Source of the DNA: a virus
Virus record (IMG/VR): IMGVR_UViG_3300031840_000582
Location: 2,858 to 66,857 of that record
Reading direction: 5' to 3' (one strand)
DNA: 64,000 bases
Part shown: one piece after another, positions 10,158 through 19,491 of the stretch
How positions within the stretch are numbered: position 1 is the first letter of the stretch
How the letters are laid out: each line of letters opens with the position of its first letter
Translations under genes and position numbers: made by a program
Notes under the pieces: generated by a model
Seen by the model: only the letters and a program-made list of their open reading frames with translations
What the model was told of the DNA's origin: nothing
The model's database searches: none

Positions 10158-13100
10158 TGAGTTTAACTAAAAAATACGTTTACGTCCATCACTGTAGTTT
10201 AGCTGAAGACACGCCTGATAATTTTAGAAAAGTTATGGGTCGGGCTTGGGTGCCAAGCTCTAGACTTGGGTTACAGTACGGATTTAATGTAGATCCTCCC
10301 GTTATGGATATGACATTTGGGCCTTACTTAGAGTGGGAGCACGATTATTTCTTCTCGACCCAAGTACCAGCAACAACTCAGCTAGTCTCAATTAAACCAA
10401 ATCCGTACTACTTCCCGCCGATCCCTGATGCCGAAGAGCCTTGTTGCGGTTGGTATGCATACCTCGGAAGGTTCTTTGCAGATCATTTTAGTAGTGGTAA
10501 TCCGCTACAGATCCTAAGAGGAGTTCTAAAAGACAGAGTTGCTGGCTATAGAGCGTCCCTGTCTGATCTCGGCTACTCTGGGCCAATCGACCAGAAGTAT
10601 TTCCCAGATGACTCGTGCGGAAGAAGGCTAAATTATGGGCCAATCCAGTCCGACGACCCTGAAGACACGCCACCACCTGAGGTTAATATTCCGGGTGCGA
10701 TGGCCTTGGTCTCAAATTCAATGGCCGTTCCTGTTAACCCAAACCAAGCCGGTCCAGAACCAGAACAAGCCGAAACAAATAGGGCAAAAGTCAGGTTGTT
10801 CAGAGACCTTTGGTTTCAAATGTTCGCGCCTTTTTCAGAGCTTGAAGATGGGTATCTTGAAGGTAAGCCTAAGGCAATGGTTGGCGATGTTAAATTTAGC
10901 TATAACTTTTTCCTAGAGGCCTACGAGCGTCAGCTCAGAGGAAATACTTTACCAGAAATTAGAATACCAAACTTATACTTGTCCGTGTATAAGGACGGAT
11001 CAGTACCATATGTGCTATATCTAAGTGAAAATGTAGGCTGTAGATTCAAAGAATTTGCTAAGTTAGTTCTGCAAAAGGGATACACAGAGTACCTAATTCC
11101 TGTTAAGCAGCAACCGTTTTTACAAGATAAGAATGTGTATTCTAAATCATTCCCGATGGATGCCACAGTTTCTTTCAGCACTGACAGGAATACTTTTGTT
11201 GCAGATGCTCTTGAGGACTCGAAACTAGAGTGTAACATGCTCCGTAGAGTGTCGGAAGGCGAGGTCAGGCTAGACGTTGCAACCACACCGCCAACTGCTT
11301 TTACTCCAACCTCTGAAGGCAACCTCAAGCCACCCCCTGAAGAGACAATGGAGTTTGCCTATGCAAAGCGTTACTACGATACTTTGTCGAACGCATATAC
11401 TCCAAAAGCAAGCGTGCCAAATCAAGTAAGCAATTATAAAGCATCTTACGGCCCGTTTGGTAGAGACTTGAGGACGTTCGATTTTTATCAATGGATGATG
11501 AGTCTACCAGATATCCCTGCTTCTTCAGTGTCGTTCCCCGGCGATCATGTTTTTCTTGGTAACCAAAACGATTCCACCGACATGGCCTTAAGGTCCGGCC
11601 TATACCAAAGAGACTTGTCATACTTGGCGAATTACTTTATTATGTCAGGTAAGGTTAACCAGATAGCCGAAACCCATCTCAGAACTTATCAGCAAATGAT
11701 GAGAGGTGACACACCACACTCCGAAACTATTCTTTATAAATTATCTAAGTATTCGACAGCCGAACTACAACAGCAGTTAGAGACAGTTCTATCTTCTAGT
11801 CCAATGTTGCGCGATCAGATCTTGCTTGGTAACGATGGGACCGCTGCCTTGGCTGGTGAAGACTTTGAAAAACTTGAAGCTATATTCGACGAAATTGAAC
11901 AGATCGGCATTACTCCAATTCAAAATGTGTGGATTCCCAACTCTAACTCAATTGACATTTTTGAATATGTTGATACACAAGTAAAGTATAATAAAGAGTA
12001 CACATACGTTGTAACTGCATACCAGTTGTCTGTTGGGACCGAGTATTTTTACTCTCAGTATTTTGGCCAAAGACCAGAAGATCCACAGCCACAGCCATGT
12101 GAAAACGCTACAATTGGTAATCAAGCCATTGCAGGAGTCTACAATCTACAAGAGTCACCTCTGGATGTAACAGGGGTTCCACCAACAGGAACTGCTGTAC
12201 CGCTATTAAGAATTGTTTACGATGCCTCGCTATCCGAAGGAGAAAAGTACAATCTTATAAACCAATTACTGTCAGAGAACAGCCAGTGGAAAAGCTTAAC
12301 TGGTGGTGGAACGGTTGATACCTGCGAAGGTACTGGCATGGCAATCCTCAGAAGGCAGATCTCCGATGGAGGCACCGACCAGTCAGGGCAAAGTTTTGGT
12401 CCCGAATTTGAATACCTTGTGCTTTGTTACTGTTTTGATTTCTTCAACCCCAATCCAGATCAGTGGTCTGTTGTAACAATAATTGAAAACAAGCAAGTAA
12501 GATCATCCGGCGATCAAACAGCCGGGACTGGTAAAAACGAACCAGCTTGTACAATTTATGGTCAGCTTAGAGTTGCCCTACGAGCTGAATTAAATTTAGT
12601 TGACGCATCATCGATAACTGACGAGATCTTAGAAGTGTTCGGCGTCACAGACCCTGCGGACCTCCCAACCTACCAGAGAACAACCACGGTCAGAGGGCGA
12701 CTAAGAGCAGAGCAGTGTCCAGACGGTTGGATAGAGGGCAAAGTACAGAGACAAGTTACAACAGCAGAAGCCACATCATATGCAGCAGGATTTGAGGTAA
12801 CTGCACTTGGGGCCACTGAACTTAAAGCAGTCTGCGAATGTCCCGAGCCTGAACCTTGCAGGGAAACCTTCTTGGTTACAACATTCCCAAGTTTAAAAGT
12901 TCATGAAATTCCGTACATGTTGTGGTCCGGCAAGGTCACAGACTCTCATCCCGTAGGCCCCGATGTAGAAATTAATCCTTACAGAGCTGTTAATAACGAG
13001 ATGTTATTCCAGATAGGTGCAGGTCTTGGCGATTACTACGACCGCCCAATTGCCATTTTTGAAAGAGAGAAGGCAATGTTCGAAGAGCTGTTAAGATCTC

Positions 13101-13951
13101 AGCGGTCAACTGATGGTAATGTCTTGTTTAGTTCAGACGATCCAGTTAGAGGGTTTGAGTCACTTATGTTAACTGACAAGCCCACAAGATATACTGACTT
13201 CTCAACCGGCGTAAGAAAACTTATATCAACAGAGGTTGCAGAAAAACCAAATCAATATGCAGATGCAGTATCTATGGTCGAAACTCTTGTTCCGAATCAA
13301 AAATATTATTATATCTTCAGATCTATTGATGTTCATGGGCACGTTTCAAACCCAACACCAATTTACGAAGTGGAACTAGTTGACACAGACGGTGCCATTT
13401 ATCCATTAATTAATATTTATGAACCAGATCCAAGCTTGCCTGTCGATCTAAGCAAGCAAGGCCAGAGACTATTGCAGATTAGGCCTGAGTACCTACAATC
13501 AGTATTAGATGTAGAATCATCTGGCTTGTCCGATGCGACAACAGCCGGTACACCTACAGGCGGACCCGCTGGAGATCTCAAGCTAGGAACAAGAAGTGAG
13601 AGACTGTGGGATAAGAACTTTAAGATGCGCGTCACATCGTGTGAAACTAGAAGGATGCTAGAAATCAATCTCAAATTTAAGACTGAGCATATTGCACTGG
13701 ACGCCTGCCCCCCAGAGTACGAAAAGACTACGATTAGTGCTAACGATGGCCTCAGTATTCCTGATGGAGTAATGGATTTGATTCCGGGTAGCGAAAGTAA
13801 GCCTTCAAACGGTTCAGCTCCGAGATCTGGAGGCGGCTCCACTTCTGGTGGTACAACCGTGACAGCAGATGTTAGCAACACTATATCACTAATAAACGGC
13901 TCAGGTGGAGGCACGACTGGCGGTGGATCAACTGGCGGTTCTTCATATTAA
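10157..13951 (+). CDS. Large hypothetical virion protein, possibly with Fn3/Ig-like modules
   Basis: 1264 aa. Motifs YVDTQVKYNKEYTYVVTAY and LVPNQKYYYIFRSIDVHGHVSNP resemble fibronectin-III strands. Gly/Ser-rich C-terminal tail. Confidence 0.5.
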   Translation: MSLTKKYVYVHHCSLAEDTPDNFRKVMGRAWVPSSRLGLQYGFNVDPPVMDMTFGPYLEWEHDYFFSTQVPATTQLVSIKPNPYYFPPIPDAEEPCCGWYAYLGRFFADHFSSGNPLQILRGVLKDRVAGYRASLSDLGYSGPIDQKYFPDDSCGRRLNYGPIQSDDPEDTPPPEVNIPGAMALVSNSMAVPVNPNQAGPEPEQAETNRAKVRLFRDLWFQMFAPFSELEDGYLEGKPKAMVGDVKFSYNFFLEAYERQLRGNTLPEIRIPNLYLSVYKDGSVPYVLYLSENVGCRFKEFAKLVLQKGYTEYLIPVKQQPFLQDKNVYSKSFPMDATVSFSTDRNTFVADALEDSKLECNMLRRVSEGEVRLDVATTPPTAFTPTSEGNLKPPPEETMEFAYAKRYYDTLSNAYTPKASVPNQVSNYKASYGPFGRDLRTFDFYQWMMSLPDIPASSVSFPGDHVFLGNQNDSTDMALRSGLYQRDLSYLANYFIMSGKVNQIAETHLRTYQQMMRGDTPHSETILYKLSKYSTAELQQQLETVLSSSPMLRDQILLGNDGTAALAGEDFEKLEAIFDEIEQIGITPIQNVWIPNSNSIDIFEYVDTQVKYNKEYTYVVTAYQLSVGTEYFYSQYFGQRPEDPQPQPCENATIGNQAIAGVYNLQESPLDVTGVPPTGTAVPLLRIVYDASLSEGEKYNLINQLLSENSQWKSLTGGGTVDTCEGTGMAILRRQISDGGTDQSGQSFGPEFEYLVLCYCFDFFNPNPDQWSVVTIIENKQVRSSGDQTAGTGKNEPACTIYGQLRVALRAELNLVDASSITDEILEVFGVTDPADLPTYQRTTTVRGRLRAEQCPDGWIEGKVQRQVTTAEATSYAAGFEVTALGATELKAVCECPEPEPCRETFLVTTFPSLKVHEIPYMLWSGKVTDSHPVGPDVEINPYRAVNNEMLFQIGAGLGDYYDRPIAIFEREKAMFEELLRSQRSTDGNVLFSSDDPVRGFESLMLTDKPTRYTDFSTGVRKLISTEVAEKPNQYADAVSMVETLVPNQKYYYIFRSIDVHGHVSNPTPIYEVELVDTDGAIYPLINIYEPDPSLPVDLSKQGQRLLQIRPEYLQSVLDVESSGLSDATTAGTPTGGPAGDLKLGTRSERLWDKNFKMRVTSCETRRMLEINLKFKTEHIALDACPPEYEKTTISANDGLSIPDGVMDLIPGSESKPSNGSAPRSGGGSTSGGTTVTADVSNTISLINGSGGGTTGGGSTGGSSY

Positions 13952-13972
13952 CAAATAAATTATTTTAACTTG

Positions 13973-14000
13973 ACTATTTACAAAGGAAAAGAACTATTTA
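13973..14000 (+). promoter_or_regulatory. Tandem putative late-promoter motifs ACTATTTA
   Basis: ACTATTTA at 13973 and 13993 in the intergenic gap before 14018. The same motif precedes many structural genes. Confidence 0.65.
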
Positions 14001-14017
14001 TATCATAGGAGTACAAC

Positions 14018-14917
14018 ATGGCCTTTTTAGATAATAGTGGCGACATCATTTTAGATGCCGTCTTAACAGATACCGGTAGAATGAGACTAGCGAAAGGGGA
14101 CGGTAGTTTCCGCGTTGTTTCGTTTGCATTCGGAGACGACGAGATTGATTATTCGAATTACACTGCTGTTACAGCGAGTGGTTACGAAGACTTATCCATC
14201 TTACAAACCCCTGTCCTAGAAGCTTTTACCAACAACGCTTCTTCAATGAAATCAAAGTTGATTACGATTCCCGATCCCGGTCTCCTGTATCTTCCAGTTG
14301 TTAAATTGAACGAGGTATTCTCGAACGACACTAAGCGATTTAACGCCGACAACATTTTCTGTGTCGCTGTTGATGAAGCAACAGCGGTGGATGATTCTAA
14401 CCTTAATAACGTGGTTGGGATCTTTAATGGTTCAAACCTTAGAGACGCAAAGCGATTTAGGTTGGATCAGGGCATCGATAACTCAGCGATTGCAGCAACT
14501 AGAACCTTGGCAGGTTCTTTATTAGAGACACAATATATCATTGAGATTGATAATCGTTTCGGAACAATTTACTCTGCTGATGGTGCGAACGCCGCAGCCG
14601 TTTCTTACATTGACGATGACAATATGGCTAGCTACTACCTAACTCTTGATAGTAATCCAAACTTTGTCGGCATGAACACAGAAACATCAGTAACAACAGC
14701 CACACAAACAATTGCAGGTTCCAGAGGAACCATTCTAGAATTCAAGATTAAGGCCTCCTTGGATCTAGAGTCAAGCAACCACTTGTTCACTAAACTCGGA
14801 TCAACTAAGACAATTGAGACCGTAAACTGTCGAACCATCGACACATTTGTTCGAGTCACCGGCCAACGCACAGGATACAGAGTTGATATTCCTGTTAGAT
14901 TCATTAAGAAGGTATAA
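14018..14917 (+). CDS. Putative baseplate wedge protein
   Basis: MAFLDNSGDIILDAVLTDTGRMRLAKG...FAFGDDEIDY: LTxxGRxxLA motif of tail-collar/baseplate-type proteins. SD AGGAG. Confidence 0.6.
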   Translation: MAFLDNSGDIILDAVLTDTGRMRLAKGDGSFRVVSFAFGDDEIDYSNYTAVTASGYEDLSILQTPVLEAFTNNASSMKSKLITIPDPGLLYLPVVKLNEVFSNDTKRFNADNIFCVAVDEATAVDDSNLNNVVGIFNGSNLRDAKRFRLDQGIDNSAIAATRTLAGSLLETQYIIEIDNRFGTIYSADGANAAAVSYIDDDNMASYYLTLDSNPNFVGMNTETSVTTATQTIAGSRGTILEFKIKASLDLESSNHLFTKLGSTKTIETVNCRTIDTFVRVTGQRTGYRVDIPVRFIKKV

Positions 14918-14931
14918 TAGGAAGGTAACAA

Positions 14932-16020
14932 ATGGCATCTACATATAAAACTTTTAGCAATAACGATCTAGTCACGACAAGAACTCTTCTACACGAAGTT
15001 ATTCCAATTACCGGTTCTATCGTGTCTGGAACTTATGTCGAAGGAACAACCAACGAGACAAACATTAAGAACTACTCGCACGGCATGTTCCAGTCAGTTT
15101 ACGACTATCCGTATCTTAGCTCCTCCGCTAACCATATCCTTGATATCACTGTCGGGTATTCTGCGGACTCAGCTCTTTCAAATTCTGCACCGCTCACACA
15201 GCAGATGCAAGAAAAGAAAATTAATATCTATTCTCAGATGGCACAGATGCTTGTTGGTTTCGACCACACTGGTGCGATTCGTCCATTTGACAGAGACGGC
15301 GATCTAACCGGTGGCAACAAGATCAAAGAAGCATTCTTCCTTTCTTTCGCTCGACTTCTTACCAAAGACGAGATCCAAAAGAACACATTCAGAATGTCCT
15401 TCGCAACCGGTGCCCAGACAGCCAACGCTGACATTAGATTCCTTAACTCAATGACAGTGGGTGACTTTGGAGCGGACACCGCATTCAAGGTCAATTCACC
15501 AGCAGGCGAGTACGGTATCCTATATACAAGTTCTGCCACTCCTAATCAGGATTCAGGCGTTGGCTTGTTGTATTACCAAGCAGGTATCGCAGTTCTTACT
15601 GCATCAGTGTTCACTGCATCTGCTGACGGTGGTCTAGGGTTCCAATTTGGTTCTACTGCAACCTCTGCTGACATCACTAACGTTAATACAGTTCTTTCTG
15701 GCACTGCGATCACGGCATCTACTGATGGTTTCCGAGCCCGACTAATTAACGTTGAATTCAATAACACAACAGAGCTTAACAGTACAATCTACTTCTGCCG
15801 AGCTAATCACAGAGACTTCAACTACAGTTCTAATCCAACTTACCTTGCTGACAGCAAGATTCGAGTCAAGGAAGTCTCTAGAGACCAGCCTGTTGCATAC
15901 ATTACAACTGTTGGGCTATACTCTGCCGATAAGGAATTGTTAGCAGTTGCTAAGTTGTCGGAGCCACTCAAGAAGACTCCAGCAAACGAACTTACGCTGC
16001 GTGTTAGGCTAGACTACTAA
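14932..16020 (+). CDS. Putative baseplate wedge protein
   Basis: C-terminal FNYSSNPTY...YITTVGLYSADKELLAVAKLSEPLKK...VRLDY, typical of baseplate/tail-collar-like C-termini. Paralogous to the next gene. Confidence 0.6.
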   Translation: MASTYKTFSNNDLVTTRTLLHEVIPITGSIVSGTYVEGTTNETNIKNYSHGMFQSVYDYPYLSSSANHILDITVGYSADSALSNSAPLTQQMQEKKINIYSQMAQMLVGFDHTGAIRPFDRDGDLTGGNKIKEAFFLSFARLLTKDEIQKNTFRMSFATGAQTANADIRFLNSMTVGDFGADTAFKVNSPAGEYGILYTSSATPNQDSGVGLLYYQAGIAVLTASVFTASADGGLGFQFGSTATSADITNVNTVLSGTAITASTDGFRARLINVEFNNTTELNSTIYFCRANHRDFNYSSNPTYLADSKIRVKEVSRDQPVAYITTVGLYSADKELLAVAKLSEPLKKTPANELTLRVRLDY

Positions 16021-16031
16021 GGGGGCAGAAT

Positions 16032-17246
16032 ATGCCCACATGTTTACACAGGTTTGGCCCAGACGACATCTTCCACAATAGAATAAAGACTCATCCACAA
16101 TATGAGTTCTTTATCTATGATTCGGTAGTGTACCTAAACAGGAAGTCTCTCCAGTCTGGTTCTTTTACTCCAAGTGTGCCTAACGTAGATCCGGGTTTCG
16201 TAAACTTATACGAATTAAACGTTGACCGTCTTGCAGGATCTACAGGGTTAATTCATCCGATGATCACCAAGGGTGGTGGCGTCGAGGTATTGACTCGCGG
16301 AGAAGGCGGAACAATTTCCGATTCAGATTTCTTTACGCAGTTTGGGTATGGGGCCAAGATTACCGGATCATATCCGTTAACAGCTTCGATCAAGCGAGAT
16401 TTCTTCTCTGCTAGTTCAACTAGAAAGCATGTTGATGCACTTAAGAATACACTAAACTTTTACAATCCTCTGAGTAAGCACTACCAGTTTTCTTCCTCGT
16501 TGGGCAACAAAGCAACACAAGCACTTAATTTAATTTCAATCCCATCTATTTTTTATGGGTCTTCTATTGAGAAAGGCAGCGTTGACCTTAGATTCTATGT
16601 TACCGGTACGATGGTTGGTCAGCTCCGAGATATCAACAGAAACGGTGAACTTATTCAAGTTGCCCCGTATGGTAGCCCTAACTCAGGTTCCGTTGCTGGC
16701 GTGGCGCTTTACAACGAAGGCTTCTTGTGCTTAACTGGTGCGTGGGGCCTTAACGATACAGAATTAAAATATACTGGCGGAACATCTGTGGACGAAGCTA
16801 GGTGGCTATACTTTGGTGTCGGCGCTAACGACGGCATAACAGGGTCTTCTGGCGAGTCTGCTTCTACACAGACTAGAGCCTCTGCTAGCTTCATGATGGC
16901 GTTCTCTGGCACTCACTATGTCCCGAATGTGACGATGATGGCTCATGCTCCTCGTGGACAACTAAACTGGTCAAACAACCCAACTTACATTGATCAAGAA
17001 AGCAGTGCGTCATTTGCCAACCCACTGACAGGCACCTATCAGTATATTGAACGAGATAGAGTAATTGCAAATACTGTGAGCGCATCTTTTGCAGAGCCGA
17101 CAGCCAGCTTCAAAAAGACAACTTATATCAGTAAAGTTGCAATTTACGATGAGTATAAAAATGTAATCGGTATCGCCACAGTCGCAACGCCGGTAAAGAA
17201 AACTGAAGATCGCGATCTAACCTTTAAACTTCGTGTGGATCTTTAA
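16032..17246 (+). CDS. Putative baseplate wedge protein (paralog of 14932-16020)
   Basis: C-terminal LNWSNNPTY...YISKVAIYDEYKNVIGIATVATPVKK...LRVDL aligns with the C-terminus of the previous gene. Confidence 0.6.
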   Translation: MPTCLHRFGPDDIFHNRIKTHPQYEFFIYDSVVYLNRKSLQSGSFTPSVPNVDPGFVNLYELNVDRLAGSTGLIHPMITKGGGVEVLTRGEGGTISDSDFFTQFGYGAKITGSYPLTASIKRDFFSASSTRKHVDALKNTLNFYNPLSKHYQFSSSLGNKATQALNLISIPSIFYGSSIEKGSVDLRFYVTGTMVGQLRDINRNGELIQVAPYGSPNSGSVAGVALYNEGFLCLTGAWGLNDTELKYTGGTSVDEARWLYFGVGANDGITGSSGESASTQTRASASFMMAFSGTHYVPNVTMMAHAPRGQLNWSNNPTYIDQESSASFANPLTGTYQYIERDRVIANTVSASFAEPTASFKKTTYISKVAIYDEYKNVIGIATVATPVKKTEDRDLTFKLRVDL

Positions 17247-17297
17247 AAGAAAACTCACTTTCTTCACCTTTTGGTGCTTTAGCATACTATTTATAGT

Positions 17298-18044
17298 ATG
17301 GGAAAAGGAACTATATACGAACATAGGTGCTTGTTCTGCGAGGAAAGTTTTACATCAAAAAGACCCCATAGCAAATTTTGTTCTAATAATTGTTCCAAGA
17401 AAAACAGTTATAGAAAAAGACCAAAGTTTTACGAGGGTTCCTGTGCTTACTGTGGCGAAGAGTTTAAAGCAAGAAAACCTAACCCCAAGTTCTGTTCAAT
17501 AAAATGTAAAAACCATTTTCACAAGAACGCCGACACAGAAAAACAGTGCCCAGTTTGTAAAAAGACTTTTGTGGTTTCTTTTTGCGAGAGGAATAAGACC
17601 GAGCATTGTTCCTATTCTTGCGCTGGTATTGCGCGCTGGAAGAAAATGGAAGAGTTGGGAAGAAAAGAAGAAGTATCGGCAAAGATAAGTGAAAGTCATT
17701 TAGAAGGACATAGAACAGGAAGAATTTTTAGGTTTGGGGAAAACGCTCCTCGCTGGAAAGGTGGAATTACCAAATTAAATCAATCGGTTCGCTCACTAAA
17801 AAAGTATGACGAATGGAGAAAAGCGGTATTTACAAGAGATGACTTTACTTGTGTTCATTGCGGAGATAAGGGGTATCTTAATGCCGATCACATAAGGCCG
17901 CTTAGTCTCCTACTTAAAGAGAACGATATAGAAAGCACAGAGCAGGCCAATAACTGCGACGAGTTGTGGGACATAGAGAACGGAAGAACCTTATGTATTC
18001 CGTGCCATAGAGAAACAGAGACATTCGGAGGGAGGGCAAGATGA
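17298..18044 (+). CDS. Free-standing HNH homing endonuclease with N-terminal Zn-ribbon repeats
   Basis: Three CxxC...F...CSxxC repeats, then GENAPRWKGG and WRKAVFTRDDFTCVHCG...ADHIRP...NGRTLCIPCH (HNH). Confidence 0.85.
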   Translation: MGKGTIYEHRCLFCEESFTSKRPHSKFCSNNCSKKNSYRKRPKFYEGSCAYCGEEFKARKPNPKFCSIKCKNHFHKNADTEKQCPVCKKTFVVSFCERNKTEHCSYSCAGIARWKKMEELGRKEEVSAKISESHLEGHRTGRIFRFGENAPRWKGGITKLNQSVRSLKKYDEWRKAVFTRDDFTCVHCGDKGYLNADHIRPLSLLLKENDIESTEQANNCDELWDIENGRTLCIPCHRETETFGGRAR

Positions 18045-18574
18045 TGGTCTGCGGACTTGACATCAGTACGAGCATAACAGGGTATACTCTTATAGATCAA
18101 GATGGCAATGTGGTGTTGAATGGTGCTTGGGATACAAGAAAATATAAAGACTTCTTTGAAAAGGTGATACATGTTAAAGCAGGTTTGGAGCAAATCTACA
18201 GTCAATACGGCAAACAAATTACAGCGATTTATATCGAACAGTCGCTACAATCGTTCCGTTCAGGTTTCTCATCTGCGAAGACTCTCTCAACTTTGTCTCG
18301 TTTTAACGGCATCGTGTCTTGGCTTGTTTTTGATCAATATAAAATTAAGCCAGAATACATCGCGGCTACGTCTGCCAGAAAACTTTGTGGCATCAAAATA
18401 CCGAGGGGCGAAAAGGCAAAACAAGTTGTCTTAAAATTTTTACTTGACAACGAGCCTAGTTTCGTGATAGATTATACTCGTAACGGCAACCCTAAGCCTG
18501 AGTCCTATGATAAAGCAGACTCAATAGTGATTGCCAAAGCGGGGGTTATATGCGAGAGGAAAAGCTTAAAATAA
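18041..18574 (+). CDS. RuvC-like Holliday junction resolvase
   Basis: GLDISTSITG (catalytic Asp), IYIE (Glu) and DKADS (acidic pair) give the RNase H-fold RuvC signature. Confidence 0.8.
   Translation: MMVCGLDISTSITGYTLIDQDGNVVLNGAWDTRKYKDFFEKVIHVKAGLEQIYSQYGKQITAIYIEQSLQSFRSGFSSAKTLSTLSRFNGIVSWLVFDQYKIKPEYIAATSARKLCGIKIPRGEKAKQVVLKFLLDNEPSFVIDYTRNGNPKPESYDKADSIVIAKAGVICERKSLK
18444..18473 (+). promoter_or_regulatory. Putative sigma70-type promoter for primase, inside the resolvase gene
   Basis: TTGACA (18444), 18-nt spacer, TAGATT with an upstream TG (extended -10). Confidence 0.45.
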
Positions 18575-19479
18575 TTAAGAATGTTCTTGGCCGAAGCTAC
18601 AACGCTGGCCACGAGCATCTGTTTCATTGTCCGTTCTGCAAACATCACAAGATGAAGTTGTCTGTGAATGTGGACAAGTCTGCGTTCAAGTGTTGGATCT
18701 GTGATAAGTCAGGTCGTGATCTAGGATACATTGTTCGTAAATTTGGAACACGCCAAGATCGTGACGAATGGTTGAAGTACGAAGACCGAGTGGAGATCAC
18801 CGACTTTGACTTCCTGTTTGCAGAGCCTGAGACGCCCTCTGAGCAGCGCGTCGATCTACCCAAGGACTTGGTTACCCTAACGGGTAGCAAGCCCTCTATG
18901 ACCTCACAGATCGCTTTAAATTACTTGTCTAAGCGTGGCATCACTAAACATGACATCCTCAAGTGGAAGATTGGCTACTGTCCCGATGGAGAATATGGTG
19001 GTCGTATTGTGATTCCATCATTTAACGAAAATGGCTACGCAAATTATTTTGTTGCTCGCTCTTATGGTGACGCTTGGCCAAGATATAAGAACCCGCCTGC
19101 AAGTCGCGATATTATTTTCAATGAATTGTATGTAAATTGGGATGAAGACATAATTATAGTAGAGGGGGTATTTGACGCAATAAAGGCTGGTAATGCTATT
19201 CCTCTTCTTGGATCAACGCTTCGCGAATCTTCTGCTCTTTTTCAGGCCATTGTTAAAAATGGTAACACTGTTTATTTGGCTTTGGACGAAGATGCATCCA
19301 AAAAGACACGCTCTATCGCTCGACTGTTGCTTAAGTACGGAGTAAAAGTTTATGAAATTGATACAAGTGGCGTTGAAGATGTTGGAAGTATGTCTAAAAA
19401 CGAGTTCCAAAGTCGTAAAAACGATGCGGCGATTGTGGAAAAAGATAACTATTTATTGCAAAGGCTTTTTGCGATCTAA
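18550..19479 (+). CDS. DNA primase (DnaG/T4 gp61-like)
   Basis: Zn finger CPFC...CWIC, GRIVIPS...YFVAR...YKNP, and Toprim IVEGVFD...LALDED. Confidence 0.88.
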   Translation: MREEKLKIIKNVLGRSYNAGHEHLFHCPFCKHHKMKLSVNVDKSAFKCWICDKSGRDLGYIVRKFGTRQDRDEWLKYEDRVEITDFDFLFAEPETPSEQRVDLPKDLVTLTGSKPSMTSQIALNYLSKRGITKHDILKWKIGYCPDGEYGGRIVIPSFNENGYANYFVARSYGDAWPRYKNPPASRDIIFNELYVNWDEDIIIVEGVFDAIKAGNAIPLLGSTLRESSALFQAIVKNGNTVYLALDEDASKKTRSIARLLLKYGVKVYEIDTSGVEDVGSMSKNEFQSRKNDAAIVEKDNYLLQRLFAI

Positions 19480-19491
19480 GAGGAACAAGCT

